IMG/VR virus record: IMGVR_UViG_3300049489_000477
Location: 52,507-116,506 of that record
DNA length: 64,000 nucleotides
Reading direction: 5' to 3' (one strand)
Origin: a virus
Shown here: positions 1 to 10,100 of the stretch, one piece after another
Numbering within the stretch: position 1 is the first letter of the stretch
Layout: each line of letters starts with the position of its first letter
Notes under the pieces: model-generated
Database searches by the model: none
What the model was told of the DNA's origin: nothing
The model's input: only the letters and a program-made list of their open reading frames with translations
Made by a program: the position numbers and the translations under genes

Positions 1-818
1 AACTTCTCCTTGAGAATTTTAAGCTTCGATTCTTGTTCAGCTATGATCTTATCTTTTTCTTCGTCTAGTTTTCGTAACTTCTTTTCCTTTTCGATTTCTG
101 ATGGTGTTTTATTATTGTTATCATCTAGCTCTTTGTTGAGGCTCTTTGCTAAACTCTTTACTTCCGTATCAGATAATTTTTCGCCCTTGTTTATTTTCGC
201 CATCAATTTTTCAACGGTAGAATTGACGGCTTTAAATTGGTTATCTATCTTATTGGTTAATTCTTTGTGATTTTCTTTGGCTGTTTTCTGAAAATCTTGA
301 AATGTTGGTAGCAACTTTTCTTCTTGCTTAGGTTCTACATGTGACTTTGGGGCAATCAACTTCGACATGCCGCCAAACATGCTCTGAATCGACTTACCAA
401 GTGATTGCTCAATACTTGCTTGTGTTGCTGGGGCTGAATGGTCTTTAGCAAAATATCCAAATGCATCGCTTGCGACTGACCTGGCTCCTGTTACGCCACC
501 CGAAAGATACTTTTCACCAAATACCTTGAATTCACCTTTTATTTTGGCTAATGTTTCTTCTTTATCTTTATCTCTTTGCTTTTTAAATTCATTAAGTATT
601 TCGTCTGATAGTTGCTGTGGTGTCTTCTGTTTGCTTTGAGCTTCGAATTTTTCTTTTAATGCTTTGATGGTATTTTCACTACCGCCAAATTTTGTCATCA
701 ATTCAGCCATTGATGCAGAAAGAATATGCATCTCATGCCGCATGTCCATTAATGCTTGCTTCATGAGGTCTTGGTCAGACACCCCTATTTGATCAGCAAT
801 AATGCGACTATCAGCCAT
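1..818 (-). CDS. Probable tape measure / baseplate hub protein, N-terminal part (runs off window)
   Basis: Not in the ORF track. ATG at 818 (MADSRIIADQIG...) and open to the window edge. Helical, K/E-rich, directly downstream of the gp26/gp51-like pair. Confidence 0.55.
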   Translation of the reverse strand, partial: MADSRIIADQIGVSDQDLMKQALMDMRHEMHILSASMAELMTKFGGSENTIKALKEKFEAQSKQKTPQQLSDEILNEFKKQRDKDKEETLAKIKGEFKVFGEKYLSGGVTGARSVASDAFGYFAKDHSAPATQASIEQSLGKSIQSMFGGMSKLIAPKSHVEPKQEEKLLPTFQDFQKTAKENHKELTNKIDNQFKAVNSTVEKLMAKINKGEKLSDTEVKSLAKSLNKELDDNNNKTPSEIEKEKKLRKLDEEKDKIIAEQESKLKILKEK

Positions 819-820
819 AA

Positions 821-1036
821 TTAACCTCGAATTGCCTTATAAAGATTGGTTATACCTTCAATGATAAGTTCATTCATTTGTTCTTTTTCTCTTGTTTCAT
901 CGTTTCTTTTCTCTTCGTATGTGTTTTTAAAAGTAAACGAATGGAAAATAAACTCAAAAAACTCTAGTTCTTCCGCCTGATGTATATTTATACAACCTTC
1001 GGAATTTTTTATAAGCTCAAGAATATCACGAAGCAA
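821..1036 (-). CDS. gp51-like baseplate hub assembly protein, probably the -1 frameshift extension of the upstream ORF
   Basis: Small ORF after the gp26-like gene with only a TTG start. The frame stays open up to the T7 run at 1072-1078. Confidence 0.55.
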   Translation of the reverse strand: MLRDILELIKNSEGCINIHQAEELEFFEFIFHSFTFKNTYEEKRNDETREKEQMNELIIEGITNLYKAIRG

Positions 1037-1062
1037 TTCGAGGTAATATTCTCGTTCAATTG

Positions 1063-1848
1063 TTATTTTATAAAAAAATCAATAAACTTGACCTCATCTT
1101 TACTCTGTTGTTGACAATGAACGCATGTAAAGTCCATTTCTAAAAATGTTCCAAAACCTTTGATCTGCGCGAAGTAGTTTTTTATGCGTTCAAAATCATC
1201 CAGGGTCAACGATTCAGCAAATTCAACTCTTTCTTTTATAGATGGTGTTACTTCTTTCTTCACATCATCAATAGATACCGTTATTGCTTTGATTGTAGAT
1301 GCCAAGAAAATAAAATTCTTCTCTACCTCACTCGTTACCTTGGAATCCTTAATATATTTCTCTATTTCAAGGTTGTCGCCACGCGACAGCAAGCCGACTG
1401 CGAAGGAAACATCACCGTTTTTAGAAACAATAACATTCGTTTGCTCTGGTTCTTTAAAAAACTTGGTCGTGATGTTTGTAAATGGGAATTTTACATCAAC
1501 ATTTGTCTTACCGCATGCTGAACATACATGGTCTATGGAGGCGTAGTCAAATTCCGTTGAATTTTTTCGTATTTCAGTCAAAATCTGCTGCCGTTCTTGA
1601 TCTACTAGCTTTTTAGCATCAATGGGCACTTCATCATCGGTTGCTGCGTATTTTTCAATAAGTTTGTCTGCAAAGGCATCAATAGCCGTCTCATCAGAAC
1701 CTTCCAGCACCTTTAAAAATTCCTTTTTGTCTCGTATTTTTATAGGGCGAAGCAAAATTTCTTTCCCGCTATAACATAATGTGACGGGCTTTGGTGCCGC
1801 TTTTGTTAAATACGCTTTTTTAATATCAGACATATTAATATCAGACAT
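1063..1848 (-). CDS. gp26-like baseplate hub / tail assembly chaperone
   Basis: LRPIKIRDKK motif, two CxxC pairs and C-terminal DFF, as in T4-like gp26. Lies between the tube and tape measure genes. Confidence 0.75.
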   Translation of the reverse strand: MSDINMSDIKKAYLTKAAPKPVTLCYSGKEILLRPIKIRDKKEFLKVLEGSDETAIDAFADKLIEKYAATDDEVPIDAKKLVDQERQQILTEIRKNSTEFDYASIDHVCSACGKTNVDVKFPFTNITTKFFKEPEQTNVIVSKNGDVSFAVGLLSRGDNLEIEKYIKDSKVTSEVEKNFIFLASTIKAITVSIDDVKKEVTPSIKERVEFAESLTLDDFERIKNYFAQIKGFGTFLEMDFTCVHCQQQSKDEVKFIDFFIK

Positions 1849-1907
1849 GAGATATCCCCTTGTTGTTTAAATTATACCCTAAAAACCAATTACTTTTTAT
1901 AAGAAAA

Positions 1908-2495
1908 TTAGTCGGTAGGTCTGTTGTTTGTTTGTTTTGGCTCTTGTTTATTTGACGGACTAAACAACTCTATTGTGTAGAAATCATATGTAAAATTAAC
2001 ATTAAAATGAGCCAAATCATTAGATGCGTTGTTTAATTCGTACCCACCAACCTTGCGTGGGAAGAAACCATTCATGGTATATTTGCAAACTGGTTGACCA
2101 ACTCTATTCAATTGATATACATGCGCAATTCTCTTGTATGACTTTTGCGTGGCAGCAGCTTTGCGGTTAAAATCCCATGCCAAAGATGACCATGCCAGAA
2201 AAGTTGATCGCAAAATATACGAATCGTCTGACCAAAATGTAACCGCCCAATCATCATCAAATCGTATACCCTCAACTGCCTTTATACTGAGATGTTGAAA
2301 CTCTATATTTTTTGATTTTAACTCGAAATTTGGTAAAGTTAGTGTTTGTGCAAATGCTGTTAATGTCGTTTTATCATCGGGTACGATACCAATGGCTGGT
2401 ATTTCGATAGCAAACATGTAAGAACGAGCAAAATCGCCGCCCAAAGCGGCGATTTTTTCTCTAAAACCTACAAGATTGATGTTGTGTATAGTCAT
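1908..2495 (-). CDS. Tail tube-like paralog (gp19/gp54 family)
   Basis: LP, W-x-VTF, FP and F-x-V-x-FTYD tube motifs. Clearly similar to 2536-3201. Confidence 0.75.
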   Translation of the reverse strand: MTIHNINLVGFREKIAALGGDFARSYMFAIEIPAIGIVPDDKTTLTAFAQTLTLPNFELKSKNIEFQHLSIKAVEGIRFDDDWAVTFWSDDSYILRSTFLAWSSLAWDFNRKAAATQKSYKRIAHVYQLNRVGQPVCKYTMNGFFPRKVGGYELNNASNDLAHFNVNFTYDFYTIELFSPSNKQEPKQTNNRPTD

Positions 2496-2535
2496 AAAAG
2501 AATTATACCAACAAAACCAACAACATTAAGCGTTT

Positions 2536-3201
2536 TTATGCGTCTATTGGTCTGTTCGCTACCTGTGCTGGCTCGTCTGTGTTAACTTCATTACTTGGAA
2601 TGTTACGGTTAGGTGCAGATACAACCGCTCTTTCACTGTTATCACTTCCAATGTTGACTGCCTTGGCGTTAGCACCAGTAGCTACGGTATAGAAGTCATA
2701 TGTAAATGTTACATTAAACTTCGCTGGTTCTACATCGTCGTGTCCCAACTTTGGTGATTCAACGATACTTGGGAACAAACCATAGAAGGCATAAACCAAT
2801 ACTGGTGATCCAAGACGATCAAGCTGGCTTACATATATCTTATCCTTCTTATAGCTGGTAAGAGCAGCCCCTTCCATCGTTCCTGGGTCATGAATATACG
2901 AGGTCCAGCGAAGGAGGTTTCCGCGAAGAGCCTGCGCTTCATCAGCCAAGCACTCGACTTGCCATGTTTGGTCAAATTCGACTACCGATGCGACTTGCAT
3001 CTTCATGCCTTGGAAACCGATTGGACTCGTCTTGACCTTGTACGCAGGAAGAGTTATTGATCGAACCATCATTGATAATGTGTTCGTTCCAGCATCATCA
3101 AGCCACTGTGGCATGTCGATTTTGAACATGAATGACCTGGACCAATCTCCAAGTACAGTTCTAAATCCTACCAAGTTCTGGTTAAAAGCTTTGATTGCCA
3201 T
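2536..3201 (-). CDS. Tail tube protein gp19
   Basis: SITLP, QLDR, GLFP and FNVTFTYDFY motifs. Immediately downstream of the sheath gene. Confidence 0.85.
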   Translation of the reverse strand: MAIKAFNQNLVGFRTVLGDWSRSFMFKIDMPQWLDDAGTNTLSMMVRSITLPAYKVKTSPIGFQGMKMQVASVVEFDQTWQVECLADEAQALRGNLLRWTSYIHDPGTMEGAALTSYKKDKIYVSQLDRLGSPVLVYAFYGLFPSIVESPKLGHDDVEPAKFNVTFTYDFYTVATGANAKAVNIGSDNSERAVVSAPNRNIPSNEVNTDEPAQVANRPIDA

Positions 3202-3223
3202 TGTTTTTTACTCCTTAATTAGA

Positions 3224-5236
3224 TTAGCCTCTGCCGACCAACTCTTGGAAATTGACTCCAGTAGCTACAGCGGTGAATATGAGCTTGATGAACTCTATTA
3301 CACGAACTGGCTTTACTAATATTTCAGCGACGAATTCGTTACGGTCGATGACTTCTGGTGTGTTGTTTCTTTCGTCAGCAACAACCAAGTAGTCATAGAC
3401 GCCGCGCTTGGCTTTGATTTCAGCAAGGAAGTTGTTGACACTGTTGCTGAAGCGTGAGCGTGTAACTTCATCATTCAACTCGAATATGTAGTAGCGAGCA
3501 AGTCTCTCGATTGAACGCTCCAAGTAGAGGAACAAACGACGGACATTGACGCGATCAAATGCCGATGGCTTGGCTTGAAGTGTCTTTTGACCCCAGATAA
3601 CGATACCTTGACCAAGGAACTTCACAATAGGATTGATACGGTTCTGGTAAAGGATATCGCGTTGTGCCTGTGTAGGATTGACGATGGTATCAATGACATT
3701 ATCAATGATGCCACGGTTCAAGCCGGCAGGTGCCCACCACTGTGCGTATGCGAAGTCGGTACGGGCATATGTTGCGCCGACGAAGCCGGTTGCTGGGATC
3801 CAGCGTTCCTTCTCGCCATAGTTATCAAATATCTTGAAGTAGTTTCCGTAGATAGCGGAATAGCTACTGTTGATATTCAAGTCACCAGCAACATAGTTAG
3901 CCATCTTGGTGTAAACTTGATCAACGACCTTCTTGGTTGTTGGGTTTACCATGATGGTTTCTGGTACATTCAATATTGCGAAGCAATCCTTACGGATGTT
4001 CTTGGCAAGATTGTCCATTTCTCTCTTGACATTATCCGAGTAATCGGCATCCAAGAGAAGGTCTACTTGCTGAGATTCCTTGTTTCCAAAGAACTTCTGC
4101 CATGCACCGAAGATTTCACCTTCGAGTTGACCAAGACCAGGATCTGCGTCAAGAACACCATCGTGTGATGCATCCGAGTAACCAGCCAATCCGTCTGCTC
4201 CCATAAGTGGGGTACGACCAATAGACCATGTTACTTCGATAGCATCTGAGGATTCTTCACTTGTACCGGTAAATACATTAAGGTACTTGTTGTTTCCGTT
4301 GATAACGGATGGACCAAACATGTTGTTACCGTATCCGTCTCTCTGTTCTGGATTGGTCGAAACCATATATACATCGTCTAATGTATCATTTTCGTTGAAC
4401 ACATAGAAGAGGTATGTATCGTAGAAGTATACTGGATTGCCTGACATGTCGTATGATACGACTGTTGGTTCTGGACCATATTCTGGTGAGGTATAGTTGC
4501 CCAACATGACTGAATCGACAGCCCAGCCAGCCGATGTGTTGCTTGTATCAACTTGACCGCCGCCAGTGCGTGGTTGTGCGACAATGACATCATCACGGAG
4601 AGATGGAGCGCGGCTCAAAAGAGCATCGCCCGATGTTCCCGACCAATACATAGCAATAATTGCTTGACGATCTGAATCAAGAACGGCTTGTGCCAAGTCG
4701 CGCTTGAGGTTTTGAAGTGTCTTGTATTCGAAATTCGAAACAACGGAGAATGAAATGTTTTCGTAGAATGGACCAGCGCCAACTGCGTACACATGGAACA
4801 ACTTTTCAGCACCAGATACGTCAAGAGGTCCACCAGTTGTTGTAGCGGTTCCGACAGAATCATACACAAGAGGATATTGCTCAACCTTCATTGGTTCTGG
4901 TTGTGCAGTCAAATCACCCTGTGGTTGGGTTGATGTTGGTGGTGTGAAACCAACGACTACACCAGCCGCATTACGAGTAGAATCTTCAATACGAACAACC
5001 TTGAGGGCGCTCGAAGCCTCGGAGAACTTCAGCGCAGTCCAAGCGAACTTGTAGTTAACATCATCTGGCTTACCAAAAACTTCTATATAGTTACTTGGGC
5101 TTGTGATGTCTACAATTTGATTAACTGGACCTTTAGTTGAGTGAACAACTATCGCACCCGTTGACGAGGTGACCGTTTCAATACGGAGTGTTCCGTCGCG
5201 CTCGATTACTTCTACGCCTGGAGAAAGAAGTGTCAT
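3224..5236 (-). CDS. Tail sheath protein gp18
   Basis: LLSPGVEVIERD N-terminus; WWAPAGLNRG, INPI, WGQKT, FDRVNVRRLF and ELNDEVTRSRF motifs. Confidence 0.96.
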   Translation of the reverse strand: MTLLSPGVEVIERDGTLRIETVTSSTGAIVVHSTKGPVNQIVDITSPSNYIEVFGKPDDVNYKFAWTALKFSEASSALKVVRIEDSTRNAAGVVVGFTPPTSTQPQGDLTAQPEPMKVEQYPLVYDSVGTATTTGGPLDVSGAEKLFHVYAVGAGPFYENISFSVVSNFEYKTLQNLKRDLAQAVLDSDRQAIIAMYWSGTSGDALLSRAPSLRDDVIVAQPRTGGGQVDTSNTSAGWAVDSVMLGNYTSPEYGPEPTVVSYDMSGNPVYFYDTYLFYVFNENDTLDDVYMVSTNPEQRDGYGNNMFGPSVINGNNKYLNVFTGTSEESSDAIEVTWSIGRTPLMGADGLAGYSDASHDGVLDADPGLGQLEGEIFGAWQKFFGNKESQQVDLLLDADYSDNVKREMDNLAKNIRKDCFAILNVPETIMVNPTTKKVVDQVYTKMANYVAGDLNINSSYSAIYGNYFKIFDNYGEKERWIPATGFVGATYARTDFAYAQWWAPAGLNRGIIDNVIDTIVNPTQAQRDILYQNRINPIVKFLGQGIVIWGQKTLQAKPSAFDRVNVRRLFLYLERSIERLARYYIFELNDEVTRSRFSNSVNNFLAEIKAKRGVYDYLVVADERNNTPEVIDRNEFVAEILVKPVRVIEFIKLIFTAVATGVNFQELVGRG

Positions 5237-5262
5237 AATTTACTCTCCTATTATCTTGATTA

Positions 5263-5270
5263 TATTTATA
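5263..5270 (-). promoter_or_regulatory. T4-type late promoter TATAAATA (sheath)
   Basis: Exact gp55 consensus upstream of gp18. Confidence 0.75.
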
Positions 5271-5336
5271 TGCCTTATGTGTTTATCTTTTGGATTTTTT
5301 ATATGCATCGATAAACCACCAACATTTAAATATTTA

Positions 5337-6947
5337 TCAGATTCTCCCTAGCTGCTTTTTGAAAATATCCTTGTCTGACAGTGGGCGCACATATTTATTG
5401 AAGCTCTTAAGAATATCTTCATCTGTTTCGGCGTTTGGATTGTTTTCTTTAGTTTGTGCCGCCTTGCCAGCATAATACATGAAATCGTCTTGATAGTAGC
5501 GGGATCGTAAGGCATATGATACCCAATATGCCGATGAAATCGTATCGTCGTGTAGATTTCGACCCACTCTTGCTTTAAAAACTCCTGGGGTTACTTCTTC
5601 AAAATAGGTGAGTTCTGTGTACATATCACGCGACCGGATGCGTATCTTTCCACATTCCACATCATCTTTAAAAAAGTTTAAAGCCATAGGCTTGGTTTTT
5701 ACATTGGCATTTATGCCATGTTCTGCTCGTTCATAGTCAAAAAAGACATTTTCATACTCTTTATCGTGATAAAGAACCTTACACACGACTTCACCAGTTG
5801 TGTTGTTTTCCACAATGACCATTGGGTTATTGAACATAGGGGTTAACTTGAAAAGAACATCAATAAAATCAAATAACACAATATCATTTTTCCTGAATAT
5901 GCCAACTTGCTCAAAACACTGAGTTGTATTGAACTCGGTAACATCAAAAATGTTTATTACAGAGAAGTCTGTGTTGTTTCCAGCACCTTTAGATACATCG
6001 ACACCAAATGCATACAATCTTCCCTTCTGTGGTTGCTTCCACATATGAAGACCTTCTTCGGTGATATATGCTGCGTCACTTACTTGTTCAGCGAGACGCA
6101 AAAGAGCCTCACCAGAAATAAGTGTATTTGTTGATCCAGTGAAACTACATTCATGTTCTTGATTAAAACGAACCTTACCAAGTATTGCCAATGTTGTATC
6201 GTGCCACGCTTGATCACGATCAGGATGTCTATCCCACTTGACCTTTTTAGAGACGAATGGGTTGGTTATACCATTGATGACTTTTCCAGCGCCAGTGAAT
6301 ATTTCATAGAACTTACCAGTTGATCCGTTTGGTGTAGATACCATGATCATACGACCACCTGTGCTGATGGTCGGGAATACGGATGTGAAGAAGTTTTCTG
6401 CTATTTCTTGTGGCACATGCGCGAACTCATCGAGAGCGAGAAGAGATAACGATTCACCACGGAACGAATCTTCAGCGGTTGTTCCGCCCATGATGGTCGA
6501 TCCGTTATCAAAACCTATTACTGTCTGGTCCCACTTTTCTGCGCCTGGCTTCAAGAAATCCGGCATTTCAAGATATGCCGTCTTAATATCTTTCATAAGA
6601 CTCTTTGCCGACGCTTCTTTGTTCGACAAAATACCAACGGTCTTATCGACATCAAACATGGCAAGCCACAACATATAAATGGACAGACATGTTGACTTAC
6701 CAAGCTGACGCCCGAAATTTAGAACGATGAATCTGTGTTCAACGAATGCAAGTAATGTCTCAATTTGGTAATCGAATAATTTGATGATGTGCTTGCCGCG
6801 TTTTTCTTCGATAACCGTAAAATACTTTTCGGCAAAGTAAATAATATCTTTGGAGCATTTCTTTATTTCGTTGATCTGCTCTGTCGTAAACTCTGTATCA
6901 GAATTTGGACGCTTAAGACCTTTTACTTTATCATAACTTACGGGCAT
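5337..6947 (-). CDS. Terminase large subunit gp17
   Basis: GRQLGKST Walker A, LALDEFAH Walker B, STPNG, FNQEHECSF, GVDVSKG nuclease motif and HDD. Confidence 0.96.
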   Translation of the reverse strand: MPVSYDKVKGLKRPNSDTEFTTEQINEIKKCSKDIIYFAEKYFTVIEEKRGKHIIKLFDYQIETLLAFVEHRFIVLNFGRQLGKSTCLSIYMLWLAMFDVDKTVGILSNKEASAKSLMKDIKTAYLEMPDFLKPGAEKWDQTVIGFDNGSTIMGGTTAEDSFRGESLSLLALDEFAHVPQEIAENFFTSVFPTISTGGRMIMVSTPNGSTGKFYEIFTGAGKVINGITNPFVSKKVKWDRHPDRDQAWHDTTLAILGKVRFNQEHECSFTGSTNTLISGEALLRLAEQVSDAAYITEEGLHMWKQPQKGRLYAFGVDVSKGAGNNTDFSVINIFDVTEFNTTQCFEQVGIFRKNDIVLFDFIDVLFKLTPMFNNPMVIVENNTTGEVVCKVLYHDKEYENVFFDYERAEHGINANVKTKPMALNFFKDDVECGKIRIRSRDMYTELTYFEEVTPGVFKARVGRNLHDDTISSAYWVSYALRSRYYQDDFMYYAGKAAQTKENNPNAETDEDILKSFNKYVRPLSDKDIFKKQLGRI

Positions 6948-7525
6948 TAAGTATCCTTCTTCTCAACAACCTCTGCTGTTGCTTCGACAATCTTCTCTTC
7001 CTTTTCGGCTTGCTTCAATGCTCGAATAAGGTCGCCTGTCGATCCAACATGAACGATGTTATTAACTGTCTTACCTTGCTCACCACCAAATATACTTGCT
7101 TTATTGACGATGGACTCTGCCTTCATTCTATTAATGCCGACCTTTTCGCGCTCAATGCGTAATTTCTCTTCGTCTAATTCGACATTTTTTAGACCGTCCA
7201 AGGCTTGTGTTACGGAATTGGCGGCGGCTGCCAATGCTTCTACATTTTTATAGTCGCCGGTCATACCAGCTTCTTCTTGCATGATACGAACAGCCATCAT
7301 ACTTGTTTCGGCAACTTCACGATATAGATCCTTGATGAAATCCTTGTCTTGTTCGTATGTTGCACGCTTCTTTTCAAACTGATCCTTAATGGCTTTGAGT
7401 TTCTTCTGCCGTTCCTCATACATTCTTTTCTTCTCATTGTCGGTAGACTCGACATTTAACTTGTTAATATCATCAGCGATACCAAGTGCCTTTTCTATAC
7501 TCTTTGTTGATGGTGCCTTTGCCAT
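6947..7525 (-). CDS. Terminase small subunit gp16
   Basis: Helical, with C-terminal VNNIVHVGSTGDL (gp16 NN.F.GST.DL motif). Abuts gp17. Confidence 0.8.
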   Translation of the reverse strand: MAKAPSTKSIEKALGIADDINKLNVESTDNEKKRMYEERQKKLKAIKDQFEKKRATYEQDKDFIKDLYREVAETSMMAVRIMQEEAGMTGDYKNVEALAAAANSVTQALDGLKNVELDEEKLRIEREKVGINRMKAESIVNKASIFGGEQGKTVNNIVHVGSTGDLIRALKQAEKEEKIVEATAEVVEKKDT

Positions 7526-7540
7526 AAAATCCCCTATATA

Positions 7541-8737
7541 TTATACATCATCTGGATTGCTATTATACTTCTGATATGCGTACCAAACAACCGAGTATGA
7601 AGTATCTGGCGGAATAGCTGATAATCTTACTTGGAATTGACCAGGCTGGATATTCTCGAAATTCGTGATTGTAAACGGCGCTGTTCCCTGTTTTGTATTG
7701 ATAATAGCTTGTGGAATATATTCTGGAGCGTTCTGGAGCGTTGTGCTTGTAATTGTGATGATATCTGTGGTTCCGTCCAACTTTACCTCACCATACGCAA
7801 GTGGCGGTGGTGGTGTTGATGTTGGTGGCATAATGTCTTGTTTCGAAACTTGGCAATTCCAGAAAGGTTCGTATTGATTTGCTATCTGTGAATGCTCTGG
7901 ATCAGAGAACTTCTTAATGTAATTGACAATATCTGCATCATAATCATAGAAACAGTATCCAGATGTGGCAGATGTTTGGGCACTATCGCTATCGACTGTT
8001 TGTGAAACGGTTTGCTCACCCAAATCAACGCCAGGTGTGCGAGGTTCAGTAACTGCCGAGTATCTGACTGTGACTTTCTTAATCGGATCAGCCACTGGTT
8101 CTTCTGGCTTGTAGAGGTTACATTCGACATCAAAATTGAAAGAATATGTCAAGAACTTCGAGCGGAATTCTTTTTCTGGTATGTCGGGATTGAATTGAGC
8201 AGATTCGGCTGTTTTTACAACTCTTATCTTTCTTCCTATGCCAATTCCCTTTTCATACATTTCAAGATATATTTCTGGATGTATAAATGAATCGATATTC
8301 TCAATGATTTGAACCAAGTGGTCCATATACTTAGCCCATACGATGACATCGAATGACAACTTATATGGTATGGTCTGCATATCCAAATGCTGCTTCTCAA
8401 GCGGCTTTGAAGTTCCCGGCTGTTGAAGATATTCCACATATATCTTTCTCTTCTCACGAATACCTCTCATGCGTTCCTTGTCCAAACCCATCGACTTCCA
8501 TTGAATTGAAATCAACGGAAGCACATTTTCGTTGTCACGCATCAAATATGGATTGGAGGTATTGTTATTCATGAGCATCTGAATAACTTTTTCTTTGTAA
8601 GTCAGCTTGACAGGAACTGGTACCCGTCCAGTGGCTTTACCATTCTCATCAAAATCGAAGACTTCCATTTCATCAAAAATGGACGCGAATAGAAGAACAT
8701 GTGTGTGAAGGACATGGTTATAAAACCAATTACGCAT
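7541..8737 (-). CDS. Tail terminator / sheath stabilizer gp15 with C-terminal extension
   Basis: FYN, VPV, LP.IS, PY.L.F and QIIENI motifs; gene order 13-14-15-16-17. Confidence 0.8.
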   Translation of the reverse strand: MRNWFYNHVLHTHVLLFASIFDEMEVFDFDENGKATGRVPVPVKLTYKEKVIQMLMNNNTSNPYLMRDNENVLPLISIQWKSMGLDKERMRGIREKRKIYVEYLQQPGTSKPLEKQHLDMQTIPYKLSFDVIVWAKYMDHLVQIIENIDSFIHPEIYLEMYEKGIGIGRKIRVVKTAESAQFNPDIPEKEFRSKFLTYSFNFDVECNLYKPEEPVADPIKKVTVRYSAVTEPRTPGVDLGEQTVSQTVDSDSAQTSATSGYCFYDYDADIVNYIKKFSDPEHSQIANQYEPFWNCQVSKQDIMPPTSTPPPPLAYGEVKLDGTTDIITITSTTLQNAPEYIPQAIINTKQGTAPFTITNFENIQPGQFQVRLSAIPPDTSYSVVWYAYQKYNSNPDDV

Positions 8738-10100
8738 GTGTTAGCTCTTTATAAAGATATTTAATAAACTTCGTTCTGTTCTCTGGTGTGAGGTCATTCA
8801 TAAACTCATCAATCTCTTTCATTCCCAACGCTTTTCCTTTTCTTATTCTATCAAGAATTTTCATTTTATTTTCATCTGTTAAGTGATTTATCTGATCAAT
8901 GTATTCTCTGGCGAATGCTGGGAATTCGATATCTGAATTGATGGTGTCGGTATATGATCCTGGTTTAACTTGTTTTTTCATGTTCGTAACGCCTGGATCC
9001 ATCATATGGGTCACTTCATGAACCAAGCCGCTGATCAGTCCATTTTTAAGGTCTTTTTTATAATCATTATAGAAGTTCGTAGCATTGACCAAAATGCGCG
9101 AATTAGGAACATCGATTCTAAAGTAGCTACCACCTTCTGAGGATGACATAACATTTTTTTGCATCTCAACGGTCAAATCCAGTTGCTCTTGGTTGTATGG
9201 ATTGGTGAGAATCAAACCATCTTCAATATATGTGTTGTAGCCTTTAGTAAGCGTTTCTTTTAATTTGTTAACGAATTCGTCGTAGTGTGTTTCCACCCAA
9301 CTGCGTATGTCATCAACTGGAACTTGTACAACGCCCTCATAGAAAATAGCATTAAGAGACTTTGTAAGAGATTCTCTTAGATTATCTGTTGCGATTGGCT
9401 TGGGTGATACGACAAACAATATGTCTGGGTTGCCCATCATCTCTCTGGTGAATTCTGGTATCTCTTTATATTTTCTATTTTCTGGGCTGTATAGATACTT
9501 GTGTGGGAAGTATCGTCCCAACTTTGCCCACACATCAAACGAACCCTTACCAGTTTCACCGGTCAAGTAGTTGTCAGAGTATAGTGCCCCAAAATAATTC
9601 TCTATCATGTAGATGTAGAGATTTATGGCAATTCCTCTTCCTTGATATTCGGTGACGATACCTACGCTTTCTGTTTTCCAGCCATATGCGTTTTTATACC
9701 AGCAAAATTCACCAATGGCATCTTGGGCTTTATTGAAAACATCGACTAATATGGTTTTTCCGCCGCTTCTTTCCCATACAATACATGTAAACCTCTCACT
9801 ACTTGCTATTAATTCAAATTTTCCCTTTTTCGTAAAAGATTGGTCCATTCTTTTGCTGATTATGCTACTGACATCACCAAATATTTCTTTCGATATATTT
9901 TTATTGGCATCGTTCCATGCGGGCATTTCAGATAAAGGCTTTTCTTTCGGTATGTTTGTATCTTCTTTACCATCCCAATTCGCGTATATAGCAGCTTGTT
10001 GTGCGCGAGCTTTCTCTTTACTCATGGGATGCTTACTCTTGTCCCCACTAGGACTAGATACTTTATAGCCACCGTCAACTTTGTGTACTTTAAAAGGCAT
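8730..10100 (-). CDS. Multidomain protein with GNAT-like and zincin-like domains (putative virion cargo)
   Basis: EYQGRGIA acetyl-CoA motif; HEVTH with a downstream E; LSE and LRE candidate cleavage sites. Confidence 0.6.
   Translation of the reverse strand: MPFKVHKVDGGYKVSSPSGDKSKHPMSKEKARAQQAAIYANWDGKEDTNIPKEKPLSEMPAWNDANKNISKEIFGDVSSIISKRMDQSFTKKGKFELIASSERFTCIVWERSGGKTILVDVFNKAQDAIGEFCWYKNAYGWKTESVGIVTEYQGRGIAINLYIYMIENYFGALYSDNYLTGETGKGSFDVWAKLGRYFPHKYLYSPENRKYKEIPEFTREMMGNPDILFVVSPKPIATDNLRESLTKSLNAIFYEGVVQVPVDDIRSWVETHYDEFVNKLKETLTKGYNTYIEDGLILTNPYNQEQLDLTVEMQKNVMSSSEGGSYFRIDVPNSRILVNATNFYNDYKKDLKNGLISGLVHEVTHMMDPGVTNMKKQVKPGSYTDTINSDIEFPAFAREYIDQINHLTDENKMKILDRIRKGKALGMKEIDEFMNDLTPENRTKFIKYLYKELTHA

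Noticed and set aside
3575-4884. Alternative-frame and antisense ORFs inside the sheath gene (and similar ones elsewhere)
   Set aside because: They lie within conserved genes and have no RBS or recognisable motifs.
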